A stretch of 62,737 nucleotides of DNA, the filler included. It is 9 parts of 9 records of this genome, joined end to end, with 100 filler letters (N's around TTAATTAATTAA, not from the genome) between each part and the next. Parts side by side here need not be neighbours in the genome. Positions count along the whole stretch, not along the records: positions 45,073 to 59,243 come from SRR20825010_418; 8 more parts are not named here. One strand, given 5' to 3'. Positions 49,500-59,243 of this stretch are shown piece by piece. Every line of letters begins with the position of its first letter. Position 1 is the first letter of the stretch. The notes beneath the pieces are model-generated. The model saw nothing but the letters and a program-made list of their open reading frames with translations, was not told the origin of the DNA and did no database searches. The translations under genes and the position numbers were made by a program.

Positions 49500-50735
49500 T
49501 CAGTCGGAATGCCCGGGACCGGCGACGATGCCTTCATCGTGCAGCCGCCCGATGGCGCCACTGTCGAGACCGAGAAAATCCGCCAGAACCTCATCAGTGT
49601 GCTGTCCCAACTGCGGTGCCGGTGTTGGAACCTCGGAGGCCTGTCCGTAAAAATCAATCGGCGTGTCGGAAGTCGGATAAGTCAGCCCGCTGCCGTGGGT
49701 GACGTCGCTGTAAGGCTTGCCCATGGTCTTGAAGCGTTCGCTCGCGACTGCTTCGCGCACTGTGCGGTACGGCTCCCAACAGACACCGTTCTCCTTGAAG
49801 CGCGGTGCAAGGGCATCCAGCGTCTCCGCCGCGACAACGCGCTCGACGACAGGATTGATCTTCTCCCGGTAGTCGAAGCGCAGCCCTTCATCCTTGGCGA
49901 AACTCACGCCGGTCTCCGCCTCGATGGCGGCGATTTCCGCGTCGATGCCAAGGGCTGTCAGCAAGCCGGTCCATTGCCGGGGCGAAAGGGCGATGAGCAT
50001 GATGTAGTGGCCGTCGCTGGTCCGAAAGTCCCGCCCGAAGGCTCCGAACACGTCATTGCCGTAGCTTGGCCGGTCTTCTTCCTCCGTCATCACTTCGGCA
50101 ACCTGGCCGAGGGTGCCGAGGGTGGTGAGCGCGACATCGCCAAGCGGCAGGCGGATTTCGGCGCCCTGGCCGGTCTTCTGGCGCTCCCGTTCGGCCGCTA
50201 GCATGGCGAAGGCCGCGTTGGCACCGGCGATCAGGTCCCAGGCGGGCAGCACATGGTTCACCGGGCGCTTCTCGCCGACGGGACCCGGCTCGCCGGTTAT
50301 CAGCGGGAAACCGGCACCGGCATTGGCCGTGTAGTCGACGCCTTGGGTGCCATCCGCCCAGCCCATGACGCGGACAGTGATGATATCCGCGCGCCGCGCC
50401 TTCAAGGCCTCATGCGAGAGGAAGCCGGAGACCGGGTAATTGGTGACGAACAGGCCGCGCCCTTCACCGGGGGCGGTTGCGAGCTGCAGGGCCAGCTCCC
50501 GGCCTTCCGGATTGCGCAGATCCAGCGCCACGGACTTCTTGCCCTTGTTCAGGCCTTCCCAATAGAGGCTGGCGCCGTTCGGGGCCTTCGGCCAGCGCCG
50601 GTAATCAAGCCCGCCGCCGATAGCGTCGAAGCGGATCACCGTCGCGCCCATCTGCAGCATGTTCAGGGTACAGGACGGCGCGGCGATGAAAGATGCGCCC
50701 TCGACGACTGTCAAATCTTGAAGGACCGTGTACAT
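49500..50735 (-). CDS. Family III (CaiB/BaiF) CoA-transferase resembling mesaconyl-CoA C1:C4 transferase (2-methylfumaryl-CoA isomerase)
   Basis: [74 protein letters not shown]. Confidence 0.82.
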   Translation of the reverse strand: MYTVLQDLTVVEGASFIAAPSCTLNMLQMGATVIRFDAIGGGLDYRRWPKAPNGASLYWEGLNKGKKSVALDLRNPEGRELALQLATAPGEGRGLFVTNYPVSGFLSHEALKARRADIITVRVMGWADGTQGVDYTANAGAGFPLITGEPGPVGEKRPVNHVLPAWDLIAGANAAFAMLAAERERQKTGQGAEIRLPLGDVALTTLGTLGQVAEVMTEEEDRPSYGNDVFGAFGRDFRTSDGHYIMLIALSPRQWTGLLTALGIDAEIAAIEAETGVSFAKDEGLRFDYREKINPVVERVVAAETLDALAPRFKENGVCWEPYRTVREAVASERFKTMGKPYSDVTHGSGLTYPTSDTPIDFYGQASEVPTPAPQLGQHTDEVLADFLGLDSGAIGRLHDEGIVAGPGHSD

Positions 50736-50827
50736 CCGTGTTTCTTGGCCAGCTTAGTGTTGAATGGGATCAGGTTGGGCTCGGAACCTAGCATGGTTGG
50801 TTGTCTGTAAAAGGGGCAAAGCACGCA

Positions 50828-51265
50828 ATGAAGTCTGTCTATGTCGACGCCGATGCCTGTCCGGTTAAAAACGAGATCCTGTCAATCGCGGACCGGCATG
50901 ACATCAAGGTCTATATCGTAAGCAATCGTGGTTTTCGGACAGGTGACCGGGCGAATGTTCAGAACATCCTTGTCTCCGACAAGTTCGATGCGGCGGATGA
51001 CTGGATTGTGGGCAAGGTGGCGGCGGGCGATATCGTCATCACCGGCGATATCCCCTTAGCGCATCGGGTGATCGAGAGCGGCGCGAAGGCGATCGGTCAT
51101 TCCGGCAAGGAGTTCACCGAGGCGGGAATCGGCATGGCCATGGCGATGCGGGACTTGATGTCCGACCTCCGTGCCATGGGAGAAGTTTCGGGCGGTGGTC
51201 CCGCTTTCTCCAAAAGAGACCGGGAAACCTTCATTCGCGAGCTGGAACGGCTGATCCGCGAGTGA
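50828..51265 (+). CDS. YaiI/YqxD (UPF0178) family protein
   Basis: YVDADACPVK, DAADDWIV, GDIVITGDIPLA, GGGPAFSKRDR. Confidence 0.92.
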   Translation: MKSVYVDADACPVKNEILSIADRHDIKVYIVSNRGFRTGDRANVQNILVSDKFDAADDWIVGKVAAGDIVITGDIPLAHRVIESGAKAIGHSGKEFTEAGIGMAMAMRDLMSDLRAMGEVSGGGPAFSKRDRETFIRELERLIRE

Positions 51266-51312
51266 TTGCCCGTCTGCTGCCTTGACACAGCAGGCCGCAA
51301 AGACGAGCCTTT

Positions 51313-51488
51313 CAGCGTTGGTGTCCTTCGGGACAAAAGGGAATCCGGTGCGCGGCTTTATCGCCGCAAGTCCGGGACTGCCCCCGCAACTGTAACCGGC
51401 AAGATCCGACCGGTATGCCACTGGCCCTGATGGGCTGGGAAGGCGGCGCGGATCGAAGAGCCGGGAGTCAGGAAACCTGCCAACGCTG
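51313..51488 (+). ncRNA. Cobalamin (AdoCbl) riboswitch
   Basis: Closing stem CAGCGTTGG/CCAACGCTG; AAAAGGGAATCCGGTG; AAGTCCGGGACTGCCCCCGCAACTGT; GCCACTG...GGGAAGGC; B12 box GAGTCAGGAAACCTGCC. Confidence 0.95.
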
Positions 51489-51531
51489 TGTCCATTTTTA
51501 ACCCGGGCGGGGTGCACCGGAGGAGGTTTAG

Positions 51532-51798
51532 ATGTCCCGACTATTTGCCCAAACTCTCACCGACGATTCGGAAAAAGAGCCGGATCGCGAGCTGGCAACC
51601 CTTATCCTGACGCTGCTGAGCGTTGCCGAGGATGACAAAACCCTCTCGCAATCCCTTTCCATGGTGCGGGCCGAGACCTCTAAAGAGGATTTCGACGGCG
51701 GCATGCAGGAGGCGGCGCGGCGCATCGGAGCGCTGTTCGGTGCCGCACAGCGTCTGGAACTGACCGAGAGAATTTCCATAAACAGATTGCCCGTCTGA
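51532..51798 (+). CDS. Hypothetical 88-aa protein downstream of the cobalamin riboswitch
   Basis: GGAGGAGG RBS just upstream of the ATG, directly after the riboswitch; no recognisable family. Confidence 0.75.
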   Translation: MSRLFAQTLTDDSEKEPDRELATLILTLLSVAEDDKTLSQSLSMVRAETSKEDFDGGMQEAARRIGALFGAAQRLELTERISINRLPV

Positions 51799-51860
51799 TT
51801 GGCGCCTCCCTTGATCGCTGATAGCCTCCCGCCTGAAATCATCTCAACGGGAGAGAGTGG

Positions 51861-53303
51861 GTGAACGATCAGACGCCCCAGTCCATCGATGCCGCGCTTA
51901 CGGAAATCCGGTCCATTCTTGGATCGAAGGGCTGGCTGGAAGATCCGAACGACACGCTGAAATACCGCACTGACTGGCGCGGCACGCCAACCGGCGACGC
52001 CCTCGGCGTCGCCCGGCCTGCCTCGACGGAGGAAACGGCGGCGGTTGTGCGTGCGGCGGCGAAGGCGGATATCGCCATCGTGCCCCAGGGCGGCAATACC
52101 GGACTTGCCATCGGCTCGGTCCCGACCGAACCGCGCCCGACCATCGTCGTTTCTACCGACCGTCTGACAACCGTGCGGTCTCTTGACCCGGAGAATTACG
52201 CAATGATTGCGGAAGCGGGTTGCATTATCCAGAACATGCAGGCGGTTGCGGCAGAGGCAGGACGGCTATTCCCGCTGTCCCTGGCGTCGGAAGGTTCCAG
52301 TACGGTCGGCGGGACGCTCTCCACGAATGCTGGGGGCAACAACACGATCAAATACGGCAATACCCGGGAGCAGATCCTTGGCATTGAGGCCGTGCTGCCG
52401 GACGGTTCCGTGTTTGACGGTCTGGAAACGCTGCGCAAGAACAATACCGGCTATGACATGAAGCAGATGTTCATCGGCGCGGAAGGCACGCTTGGCATCG
52501 TTACCGCCGCGGCGTTCCGTCTGATGCCGCTGCCGCGCGTCCGCGAGACCGCCATGCTGTCAGTACCGTCCCCGCATGAGGCACAGCACCTGCTGTCGAG
52601 CGCGCGGGAGCTGTCCGGCGACACGATCCTCGCCTTTGAGATCATGCCCCGGGCCTCATTCGACATGGCGATCAAGTATATTGATGGAATCACCGATCCG
52701 CTTGCAGAGCGCTCGCCCTGGTATGTGCTGTTGGAGATGGGGACGCCATCTCCGCTCGACGATCTACGGGCCAAGCTTGAGGCGATCTTCACCGAGGCGA
52801 TGGAGCAGGGCTGGGTGACTGACGGGGTGATTGCTGAGAACGAGGGCCAGCGCCGCGAACTCTGGCGGATCCGTGAGGAGCAGGCCGAGGCCGGTAAGCG
52901 CGAGGGGACGCCCCGCATGGCAGGCGATGTTTCGGTGCCGGTCTCCAAGGTGGCTACCTTCATAGATCAGTCGCAGGCTTCGTTGAGCGAGTATGTGCCG
53001 GGGTTGGCCTTCAACTGTTTCGGCCATATGGGGGACGGTAATATTCATTACACGGCCCGCAAACCGGCGAACATGAGCGACGAGGAGTGGGAGGTTAAGA
53101 AGCCCGGTCTCTCGCAGCGGATGTATGAAAGCACAATCGCGCTCGGCGGCAGCATCTCCGCCGAGCACGGGATCGGCTCTGAAAAGCTGCCATATCTGAT
53201 CAAATACGGCTCGCCTTCGAAAATCGCCCTGATGCAGGCGGTGAAGAAGGCGATCGACCCGAAAGGGATCATGAACCCGGGCAAGGTTGTGCCTGAGTCC
53301 TGA
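51861..53303 (+). CDS. FAD-linked oxidoreductase (D-2-hydroxyacid / D-2-hydroxyglutarate dehydrogenase-like, GlcD/Dld family)
   Basis: VPQGGNTGL, GGTLSTNAGG, LRKNNTGYD, IGAEGTLG, FGHMGDGNIH, GGSISAEHGIG, DPKGIMNPGKV. Confidence 0.92.
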   Translation: MNDQTPQSIDAALTEIRSILGSKGWLEDPNDTLKYRTDWRGTPTGDALGVARPASTEETAAVVRAAAKADIAIVPQGGNTGLAIGSVPTEPRPTIVVSTDRLTTVRSLDPENYAMIAEAGCIIQNMQAVAAEAGRLFPLSLASEGSSTVGGTLSTNAGGNNTIKYGNTREQILGIEAVLPDGSVFDGLETLRKNNTGYDMKQMFIGAEGTLGIVTAAAFRLMPLPRVRETAMLSVPSPHEAQHLLSSARELSGDTILAFEIMPRASFDMAIKYIDGITDPLAERSPWYVLLEMGTPSPLDDLRAKLEAIFTEAMEQGWVTDGVIAENEGQRRELWRIREEQAEAGKREGTPRMAGDVSVPVSKVATFIDQSQASLSEYVPGLAFNCFGHMGDGNIHYTARKPANMSDEEWEVKKPGLSQRMYESTIALGGSISAEHGIGSEKLPYLIKYGSPSKIALMQAVKKAIDPKGIMNPGKVVPES

Positions 53304-53305
53304 AC

Positions 53306-54136
53306 CTACTTGATGCCGGCTCGCATGAAGCTCTGAACGAACTGCCGCTGGAACAGCAGGAAGGCGATCAGCAGCGGGCCGGAGGTCATCAGTGTGGCGG
53401 CGCTGATGACGGCCCAGTCGATGCCCTGATCGGTCGAGGAGAAGATGCTGAGGCCGACGGTCACCGGCCGTGTCTCGACCGAGTTTGTCACGATCAGAGG
53501 CCACAGGAAGTTGTTCCAGTGGTGGCTGACAGAAACCAGGCCATAGGCGAGGTAGGTCGGCTTTGCCAGCGGGACATAGACCCTCAGCAGGATGGTCATG
53601 AACCCGGCACCCTCGACCCTTGCCGCGTCGTCCAGCTCTTTCGGGATGGTCTTGAAGGTCTGCCGCAGCAGGAAGATGCCGAAGCCTGACGCCATGTAGG
53701 GCAGCCCGATGGCGAGGATGGTGTCGACCAGGCCGAGAAACCGCATGGTCCGGTAGTTCTCGACGATCAGGATATCGGGCATGACAAGCAGTTGCAGCAG
53801 CACCAGAACGAAGACGGTATCCCGCCCGCGAAACTCGAACCGGGCGAAGGCGAAGGCGGCGAGGGTGCAGAGCACGAACTGGCCGATCAGGATCGACGTC
53901 ACCAGCAACATGGTGTTCAGGAAATAGCGCGCGAACGGTGCGGCATTCCAGGCAGCGGAGAAGTTCTCCAGCGTCAGCGGTGCTGTCAGCTCGAAGCGCG
54001 TGGAGAATTCCGTCGGGTGAAACGCTGTCCAAGTGGCGTAGATCAGCGGCGCGAACCAGACGATGGCGAGTGCCCAGGCGGCAGTGGTGTTTAGCGCCCG
54101 GTCATAGTCGAAACGGAAGGCTCTGGCGGCACTCAT
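53306..54136 (-). CDS. Carbohydrate ABC transporter permease (UgpE-like)
   Basis: Likely start MSAARAF (ATGA overlap); FLLRQTF..IPKELDDAARVEGA EAA motif; WNNFLWPL; FQRQFV. Confidence 0.92.
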   Translation of the reverse strand: MSAARAFRFDYDRALNTTAAWALAIVWFAPLIYATWTAFHPTEFSTRFELTAPLTLENFSAAWNAAPFARYFLNTMLLVTSILIGQFVLCTLAAFAFARFEFRGRDTVFVLVLLQLLVMPDILIVENYRTMRFLGLVDTILAIGLPYMASGFGIFLLRQTFKTIPKELDDAARVEGAGFMTILLRVYVPLAKPTYLAYGLVSVSHHWNNFLWPLIVTNSVETRPVTVGLSIFSSTDQGIDWAVISAATLMTSGPLLIAFLLFQRQFVQSFMRAGIK

Positions 54137-55014
54137 CGGTAATGCACCCGTTTGTCGAGAAGCAGGAACTGGCCGATGGCCACGGTGAACAGGATCACAA
54201 GCAGAACCACGGTCAGCGTCGAGGCATAGGCGGTGTCCCAGAACCGGAACGCGGTCTCGTAGATGTAGAACAGCAGCAGGGAGCTGGCATTGTCCGGGCC
54301 GCCTTCCGTCATGATGAAGATATGATCGACCAGGCGGAACGAATTGATGATCGCGTTGACCGAGACAAAGAGGGTGGTCGGCATCAGCAGCGGGAAGGTG
54401 ATGCGGCGGAAGAAGTACCAGCGCCCGGCGCCTTCTATGGCGGCAGCTTCCCGGAGCGATGCCGGGATGGTTTGCAGCGCGGCCAGATAGAAGATCATGA
54501 AGAAGCCGGCTTCCTTCCAGATCGCCACCACGATGACGGCGTTCAGCGCGCTTTCCGGATCGCCGAGCCAGTTCTGCTGGGAAAAACCGAAGACACCACG
54601 GATTTGGTCGATCAGGCCGAAACCGGGCGTATAGAAAAACATCCAGATATTGGCGACGGCGATTAGCGGCAGCACGGTCGGCGTGAAGTAGGCCATGCGC
54701 ACGAAGGACCGGCCCTTCAACTTGCTGTCGACCCAGAGCGCCATGGCGATGGCAATGCCGATCGAGAGCGGGATGGTGGCAAGCGCGTACCAGAGATTGT
54801 TGACCAGCACGGTCCAGAACGTGTCGTCCGCAAGCAGCGTTTGATAATTCTCGAGACCGACAAATTTCGCCTCGCGTTTGCCGCGCGGCGTTGAGAAGAA
54901 GCTGTGGAAGAGGGTGACCGCTGCCGGATAGTGGGTAAAGGCAATCAGCAGGATCATGGCCGGGCTGAGGAACAGCCAGGCATGGATCCAGGTTCTCTTT
55001 GCAGTGGGTCCCAT
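54133..55014 (-). CDS. Carbohydrate ABC transporter permease (UgpA-like)
   Basis: FVGLENY, LAALQTIP.SLREAAAIEGA, ITFPLLMPT, MTEGGP.NAS. Confidence 0.92.
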   Translation of the reverse strand: MGPTAKRTWIHAWLFLSPAMILLIAFTHYPAAVTLFHSFFSTPRGKREAKFVGLENYQTLLADDTFWTVLVNNLWYALATIPLSIGIAIAMALWVDSKLKGRSFVRMAYFTPTVLPLIAVANIWMFFYTPGFGLIDQIRGVFGFSQQNWLGDPESALNAVIVVAIWKEAGFFMIFYLAALQTIPASLREAAAIEGAGRWYFFRRITFPLLMPTTLFVSVNAIINSFRLVDHIFIMTEGGPDNASSLLLFYIYETAFRFWDTAYASTLTVVLLVILFTVAIGQFLLLDKRVHYR

Positions 55015-55038
55015 TGGGCGCGGTGCTTTCACTGGTCG

Positions 55039-55079
55039 AAAAAAAAGACCGGCGGCGGGACACTGCCCGCCGCCGGGTC
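55039..55079 (-). terminator. Intra-operonic hairpin with U-tract after the substrate-binding protein gene
   Basis: Minus strand reads GACCCGGCGGCGGGCAGTGTCCCGCCGCCGGTC-TTTTTTTT. Confidence 0.7.
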
Positions 55080-55087
55080 CCGGAGTT

Positions 55088-56374
55088 TTAGCGGTAGTCC
55101 TTGAGGATCTTGTCCGCCTTCTGCTGCGCATCGTTCATCGCTTCTTCCGGCGTGGCCTTGCCTGTGATGGCGGCTTCCAGGCCGTCATTGAAGATGCTGG
55201 TGATGCGCTGGTTCTGGTAGGTGGCAAGCTCGGCCACGGCATATTCAAGCTGATCGCGGGCAACCAGGGCCGGCGGGAAATCGGCGACATAGGCCTTCAT
55301 TTCCGGCGTTTCCCAGGTATCCGGACGCGGCGCGACGTAACCGGTCGCAATGGTCCATTTGGCAGCCTGCTTCGGTGCGGTGATCCACTTGATAAAATCG
55401 AGGGATGCCGCCTTCTGCGCGTCCGTCGAGTCCTTGAAGATGTAGAAGTTACCGCCGCCGGTCGGCGCCCCGCGACGCTTGTTGGCCGGAAGCATCGCTA
55501 CACCGAAGTCGAACGGCGCATTGGCACGAACGTTGGTCAGGTTGCCGGTCGTGGTCCACATGATGGCGGACTCACCCTCGAAGAAGGCTTTCGGGGTGGC
55601 TCCCCATTCGATGATGCCTGGTGCCATGACTTTGTGCTTGGCGCTGAGATCGACGAGATATTGCAGGGCTTCGACGACTTTCGGGTCGGAGAAGTTGGTC
55701 TTGTTGCCATCGCTGTTGGCCAGGATGACGTCGTTCTCGGTGGTCAGGCCCTGGAACAGCCAGTAGGGGAAGCCAGAGCTTGGGATACGCACACCCCACT
55801 GGGTGACGTTGCCGGAGGCATCTTTGACGGTCAGCTTTTTGCCGAATTCAACCAGCTCGGCCCATGTTGCCGGCGGGGTGTTCGGGTCGAGACCGGCTTT
55901 CTTGAAGGCTTCCTTGTTCCAGTACATCACCGGGGTGGAGCGCTGGAAGGGAATGCCATAGGTCTTGCCGCCGGTTTGGCTGTTTTCCATGAAAGCCGGG
56001 TAGAAAGCTTTCAGCCATGCCTTGTCTTCGTCGGTTTTGATCAGATCGTCAAAGGCGACGATGGCGTCTTCCTCGATCAGGGTGAACATGTCGACGGACA
56101 GGATCACGGAAAGTTGCGGAGGCTGACCGCCACGTGCGGCCGTCAGCGCCTTGGTGATAGTGTTCTGGTAGCTGCCGGCATAGACCGCGTCGATTTTCAC
56201 GTCCGGATGGGCCGCGGCATATTCGTTGGTCAGGGCCTCAATCGTATCCGCTGCCTTGCCGCCGACGGCGACCGGGAAGAAGAACTGCAGGTCGACGGCC
56301 TGGGCCGTGCCGGCGAGGGAGAGCGACATCGCGGCCGCGACGGCGCCAATCCCCAGTTTTTTCGTGAAGTGCAT
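55088..56374 (-). CDS. ABC transporter substrate-binding protein (UgpB-like)
   Basis: Signal peptide MHFTKKLGIG...AQA; FFPVAVGG, YGIPFQRST.VMYWNK.AF..AGLDP, PTGGGNFY. Confidence 0.92.
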   Translation of the reverse strand: MHFTKKLGIGAVAAAMSLSLAGTAQAVDLQFFFPVAVGGKAADTIEALTNEYAAAHPDVKIDAVYAGSYQNTITKALTAARGGQPPQLSVILSVDMFTLIEEDAIVAFDDLIKTDEDKAWLKAFYPAFMENSQTGGKTYGIPFQRSTPVMYWNKEAFKKAGLDPNTPPATWAELVEFGKKLTVKDASGNVTQWGVRIPSSGFPYWLFQGLTTENDVILANSDGNKTNFSDPKVVEALQYLVDLSAKHKVMAPGIIEWGATPKAFFEGESAIMWTTTGNLTNVRANAPFDFGVAMLPANKRRGAPTGGGNFYIFKDSTDAQKAASLDFIKWITAPKQAAKWTIATGYVAPRPDTWETPEMKAYVADFPPALVARDQLEYAVAELATYQNQRITSIFNDGLEAAITGKATPEEAMNDAQQKADKILKDYR

Positions 56375-56472
56375 CGCTTTCAAGTCCTCTCGTCTGAACT
56401 GGTTTCCGGACGGATCCCGTCCGGCATGCTCCGGAGCCCTAAGGGGGCTCCAATTCCTGTCCGGTGCTTGCG

Positions 56473-57555
56473 CTATGCGTCCGCACGGGTCAGGAGATCG
56501 TCCCGCCGCCTGCCTGAGGCGGCTTCGAACAGATGAACGGCGTCGCGTGGCCAGGAGAGGCCGACATCGCTGCCAGTTGTGAGGGCGTCGGCATTCCGGG
56601 CCCGAACCGTCAGGCGCTCGGTGCCGATGCGGCAATCGACCAGCGTATCGGCGCCGAGATATTCGACGGCCTCGACCGTGGCCCGGCATGGGCTGTCTGC
56701 CTTGAAACTGATTTCTTCCGGCCGGATACCGATGGAGACGGGGATATCGGGCTTGCCGGAGAAAACGGGAGCCGTGTTGCCTGCATCCTGCCCGTTGAAC
56801 CGGGCGTCATTGCCGTTCCACTCAAGCGCGAGCACGTTCATCGGCGGTGTGCCAATAAAGCGCCCGGCGAAGCTCGTGGCCGGTTTCCGGTAGGTTTCCG
56901 CCGGTGTGGCATTCTGCTCGATCCGGCCATCCTTCAGCAGGATGATGCGGTCAGCCATGCCCATGGCTTCGGCCTGATCGTGAGTGACATAGACCATTGT
57001 CACGCCGAGCTTGCGCTGCAGCGCGCGGATTTCCACCCGCATCTCGTGGCGCAGTTTGGCGTCCAGGTTCGACAGCGGCTCGTCCATCAGACAGATCGGC
57101 TTTTCGGCGATGATCGCCCGGCCGAGCGCAACCCGCTGCTGCTGGCCGCCGGAAAGCTGGTTGGGACGGCGGTCAAGCAGGGCAGAAAGACCGATCAGCT
57201 CCGCCACCCGGTCCAGCCGGTCTTTCTGTTCTTTCTTGGCGGTCTTGCGGACCTTCAGCCCGAACAGGATGTTCTCGGCGACGGTCAGGTGAGGAAAGAG
57301 TGCATAGGATTGAAAGACCATCGACAGATCGCGTTCCGCCGGGGGCAGGTCCGTGACATCCTTGCCGCCAATGGTGATGGTTCCGCTGCTGGCGCTCTCC
57401 AGCCCTGAAATCAGTCTCAGAATAGTGGATTTACCGCATCCCGACGGCCCAAGCAGAACGGCGAACGAGCCTGGCTCGACCTCGAAGGAAACATGGTCCA
57501 CGGCTGTTGCCGTGTCCCAGTGCTTTGTCAGTCCGGTAACGGAAATCCCGGTCAT
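56473..57555 (-). CDS. ABC transporter ATP-binding protein (UgpC/MalK-like)
   Basis: GPSGCGKST, MVFQSYALFPH, LSGGQQQRVALGRA, MDEPLSNLDAKLR, YVTHDQ; C-terminal TOBE-like region. Confidence 0.95.
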   Translation of the reverse strand: MTGISVTGLTKHWDTATAVDHVSFEVEPGSFAVLLGPSGCGKSTILRLISGLESASSGTITIGGKDVTDLPPAERDLSMVFQSYALFPHLTVAENILFGLKVRKTAKKEQKDRLDRVAELIGLSALLDRRPNQLSGGQQQRVALGRAIIAEKPICLMDEPLSNLDAKLRHEMRVEIRALQRKLGVTMVYVTHDQAEAMGMADRIILLKDGRIEQNATPAETYRKPATSFAGRFIGTPPMNVLALEWNGNDARFNGQDAGNTAPVFSGKPDIPVSIGIRPEEISFKADSPCRATVEAVEYLGADTLVDCRIGTERLTVRARNADALTTGSDVGLSWPRDAVHLFEAASGRRRDDLLTRADA

Positions 57556-58382
57556 TCTCCGGCTTCCGCGAACTCTGGGAGGAGGGCAAGCGCGGCGCTG
57601 TCATCTCCGGCAGTGATCAGCTCGTGCCCCGCATCGCGGATCATGGCGCTGACGTCCTCCGGCGGCTCTCCATCGCAGAACACAAGATCTGGATCGGAGA
57701 TATGGCCGCCACGGACATAGGCCGCCCGTCCGAACTTTGTGTGATCAAGCACGACAACCTTGGTCCGGCAATTCTGGCTGATGGTTTCGCGCGCGCGGAT
57801 TTCATCCTCGGTGAAATCCAGCAGACTGCCGTCCGCGTCCACGCCGCCAACACCGAAGAGCCCGAAATCCACTTTGTAGGCGGAGAAGAATTGCTCGACC
57901 TGCTGCCCGAGCACGTCACGGCCTTCCTGCCGGATGCGTCCGCCCGCGATGGTGACTTCGAATGTCGGGTTCGCGCTGGCTGTCAGGGCGGCGGCGATAT
58001 TGTTCGTGACGATCCGCAACCCGGTATGGGAGCGCAAGGCCCGCACAACCATTTCCGGTGTTGTGCCGATGCTGACGGCAATCGAGGCCCCATCGGGGAT
58101 ACGCGCTGCCACGGCGTTTGCTATCCGGGCCTTGGCTCCGGCATTCAGGATCATGCGCTGGTCGAAATCGATATTCGTATTCGGGGATGGGAGTTCGACC
58201 CCGCCATGCCGCCGTCGAAGCAGCCCGCTATCGCAGAGCTGGTTCACGTCCCGGCGGATGGTCTGTTCCGTAACGGCAAACCGGTCCGCAAGTTCAATAA
58301 TCGCCTGGTAGCCGGCAGCACGGACCAATTCGGTAATTTCAGCCCGGCGTTTGGATGCGTTCGAGGAAAAACTGGGAGCCAC
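57552..58382 (-). CDS. DeoR/GlpR family transcriptional regulator
   Basis: ELADRFAVTEQTIRRD, RRHGG, IGTTPE, IVTNN, DHTKFGR. Confidence 0.93.
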   Translation of the reverse strand: MAPSFSSNASKRRAEITELVRAAGYQAIIELADRFAVTEQTIRRDVNQLCDSGLLRRRHGGVELPSPNTNIDFDQRMILNAGAKARIANAVAARIPDGASIAVSIGTTPEMVVRALRSHTGLRIVTNNIAAALTASANPTFEVTIAGGRIRQEGRDVLGQQVEQFFSAYKVDFGLFGVGGVDADGSLLDFTEDEIRARETISQNCRTKVVVLDHTKFGRAAYVRGGHISDPDLVFCDGEPPEDVSAMIRDAGHELITAGDDSAALALLPEFAEAGE

Positions 58383-58532
58383 GGAATTGCCTTCGCATTG
58401 GTGTTCGAATGAATGCGAGGCGAAAACTAGCGAGGCTGTGTTGCGGAAATACGGTTCGTTTTATGACGGTTCGGTAACGGTGAATGTGCGTTCGAACCTG
58501 ATGCGTGCGGGTCAACATAGGCGCGGCAAAGA

Positions 58533-58565
58533 AAAAGCCGGGGAACATATTATTCCCCGGCTTTT
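58533..58565. terminator. Intrinsic terminator downstream of the TRAP-like gene
   Basis: AAAAGCCGGGGAA-CATATTA-TTCCCCGGCTTTT. Confidence 0.82.
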
Positions 58566-58588
58566 ATCTGACCCCATTCGCGAATGGG

Positions 58589-59243
58589 TTAGAAGTGTAG
58601 TGAGATATCCTTGTGATCGGACTGGCATGCGGCGACTTCCAGCGCAACATTGTGTGGAAGGCGGTCCTGCAATCTCAGGCCGATCGTGTTCCGGATAGCC
58701 TCGTCATAATCGGCCAGCTTTGCACTGAGCGACTGGTTCGCCGCCTGACGCCATGAGACTTCCTCGTCGTAGATGGTTTTGGCGGTCGCGAGTTCCTCAA
58801 GGGCTTTTTCAGGGTCCGGCGTCTTGCCCCGCAGAGCCCGACGGACTTTGCTGAGGGCAGACCGGATGGCGCCGGCTTCATGGACCTTGCCGATCTTGGA
58901 TTCCACGTCCTTGATGAAATTCTCGGCCTCTTTGGGTTCTAGCTCTGTCAAGGCCTTGGAAATAGAATCGATCTCACCGGAGAGAGCTGCCAAAGCATCC
59001 GTGTCACTGAGTGTCAAGCGCAGAGCTTGGATCGGTTCATAGGCGGAATCGGCGGTCCGACGATAGCTCAGACGGGCTTTCTTTTCCGTTGCGAGGATCT
59101 TGCTGAACGTCTTGTGATCGGGCTCCCAATTTGCCGGGACCTCGCTCTCAAGTTCAGCTTTTTCCGATTTCAGCATCTCGATTCTGGCGATTGTCTTGTC
59201 GATCGCCCCCGGTTTTGCGTCGTTCTGGCGCTTCCAGCGGCTT
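58589..59243 (-). CDS. C-terminal helical region of a truncated gene, probably an extended TRAP transporter large permease
   Basis: Frame is open to the contig end; ending IGLRLQDRLP...AACQSDHKDISLHF resembles extended DctM C-termini (from recall; no TM part visible). Confidence 0.5.

Noticed and set aside
51056-51517. 153-aa minus-strand ORF
   Set aside because: It is antisense to the cobalamin riboswitch and the yaiI-like gene
39402-53303. hglS plus the D-2-hydroxyglutarate dehydrogenase-like gene as one lysine pathway
   Set aside because: Biochemically plausible, but the genes lie on separate contigs
53306-55063. 585-aa ORF suggesting a fused or extended permease
   Set aside because: Its first ~300 aa are an off-frame read of the UgpA-like gene; the likely start is ATG 54136, overlapping the upstream stop
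58573-58588. Perfect 16-bp palindrome CCCATTCGCGAATGGG next to a stop codon
   Set aside because: Single copy beside a normal terminator, with no evidence of separate function
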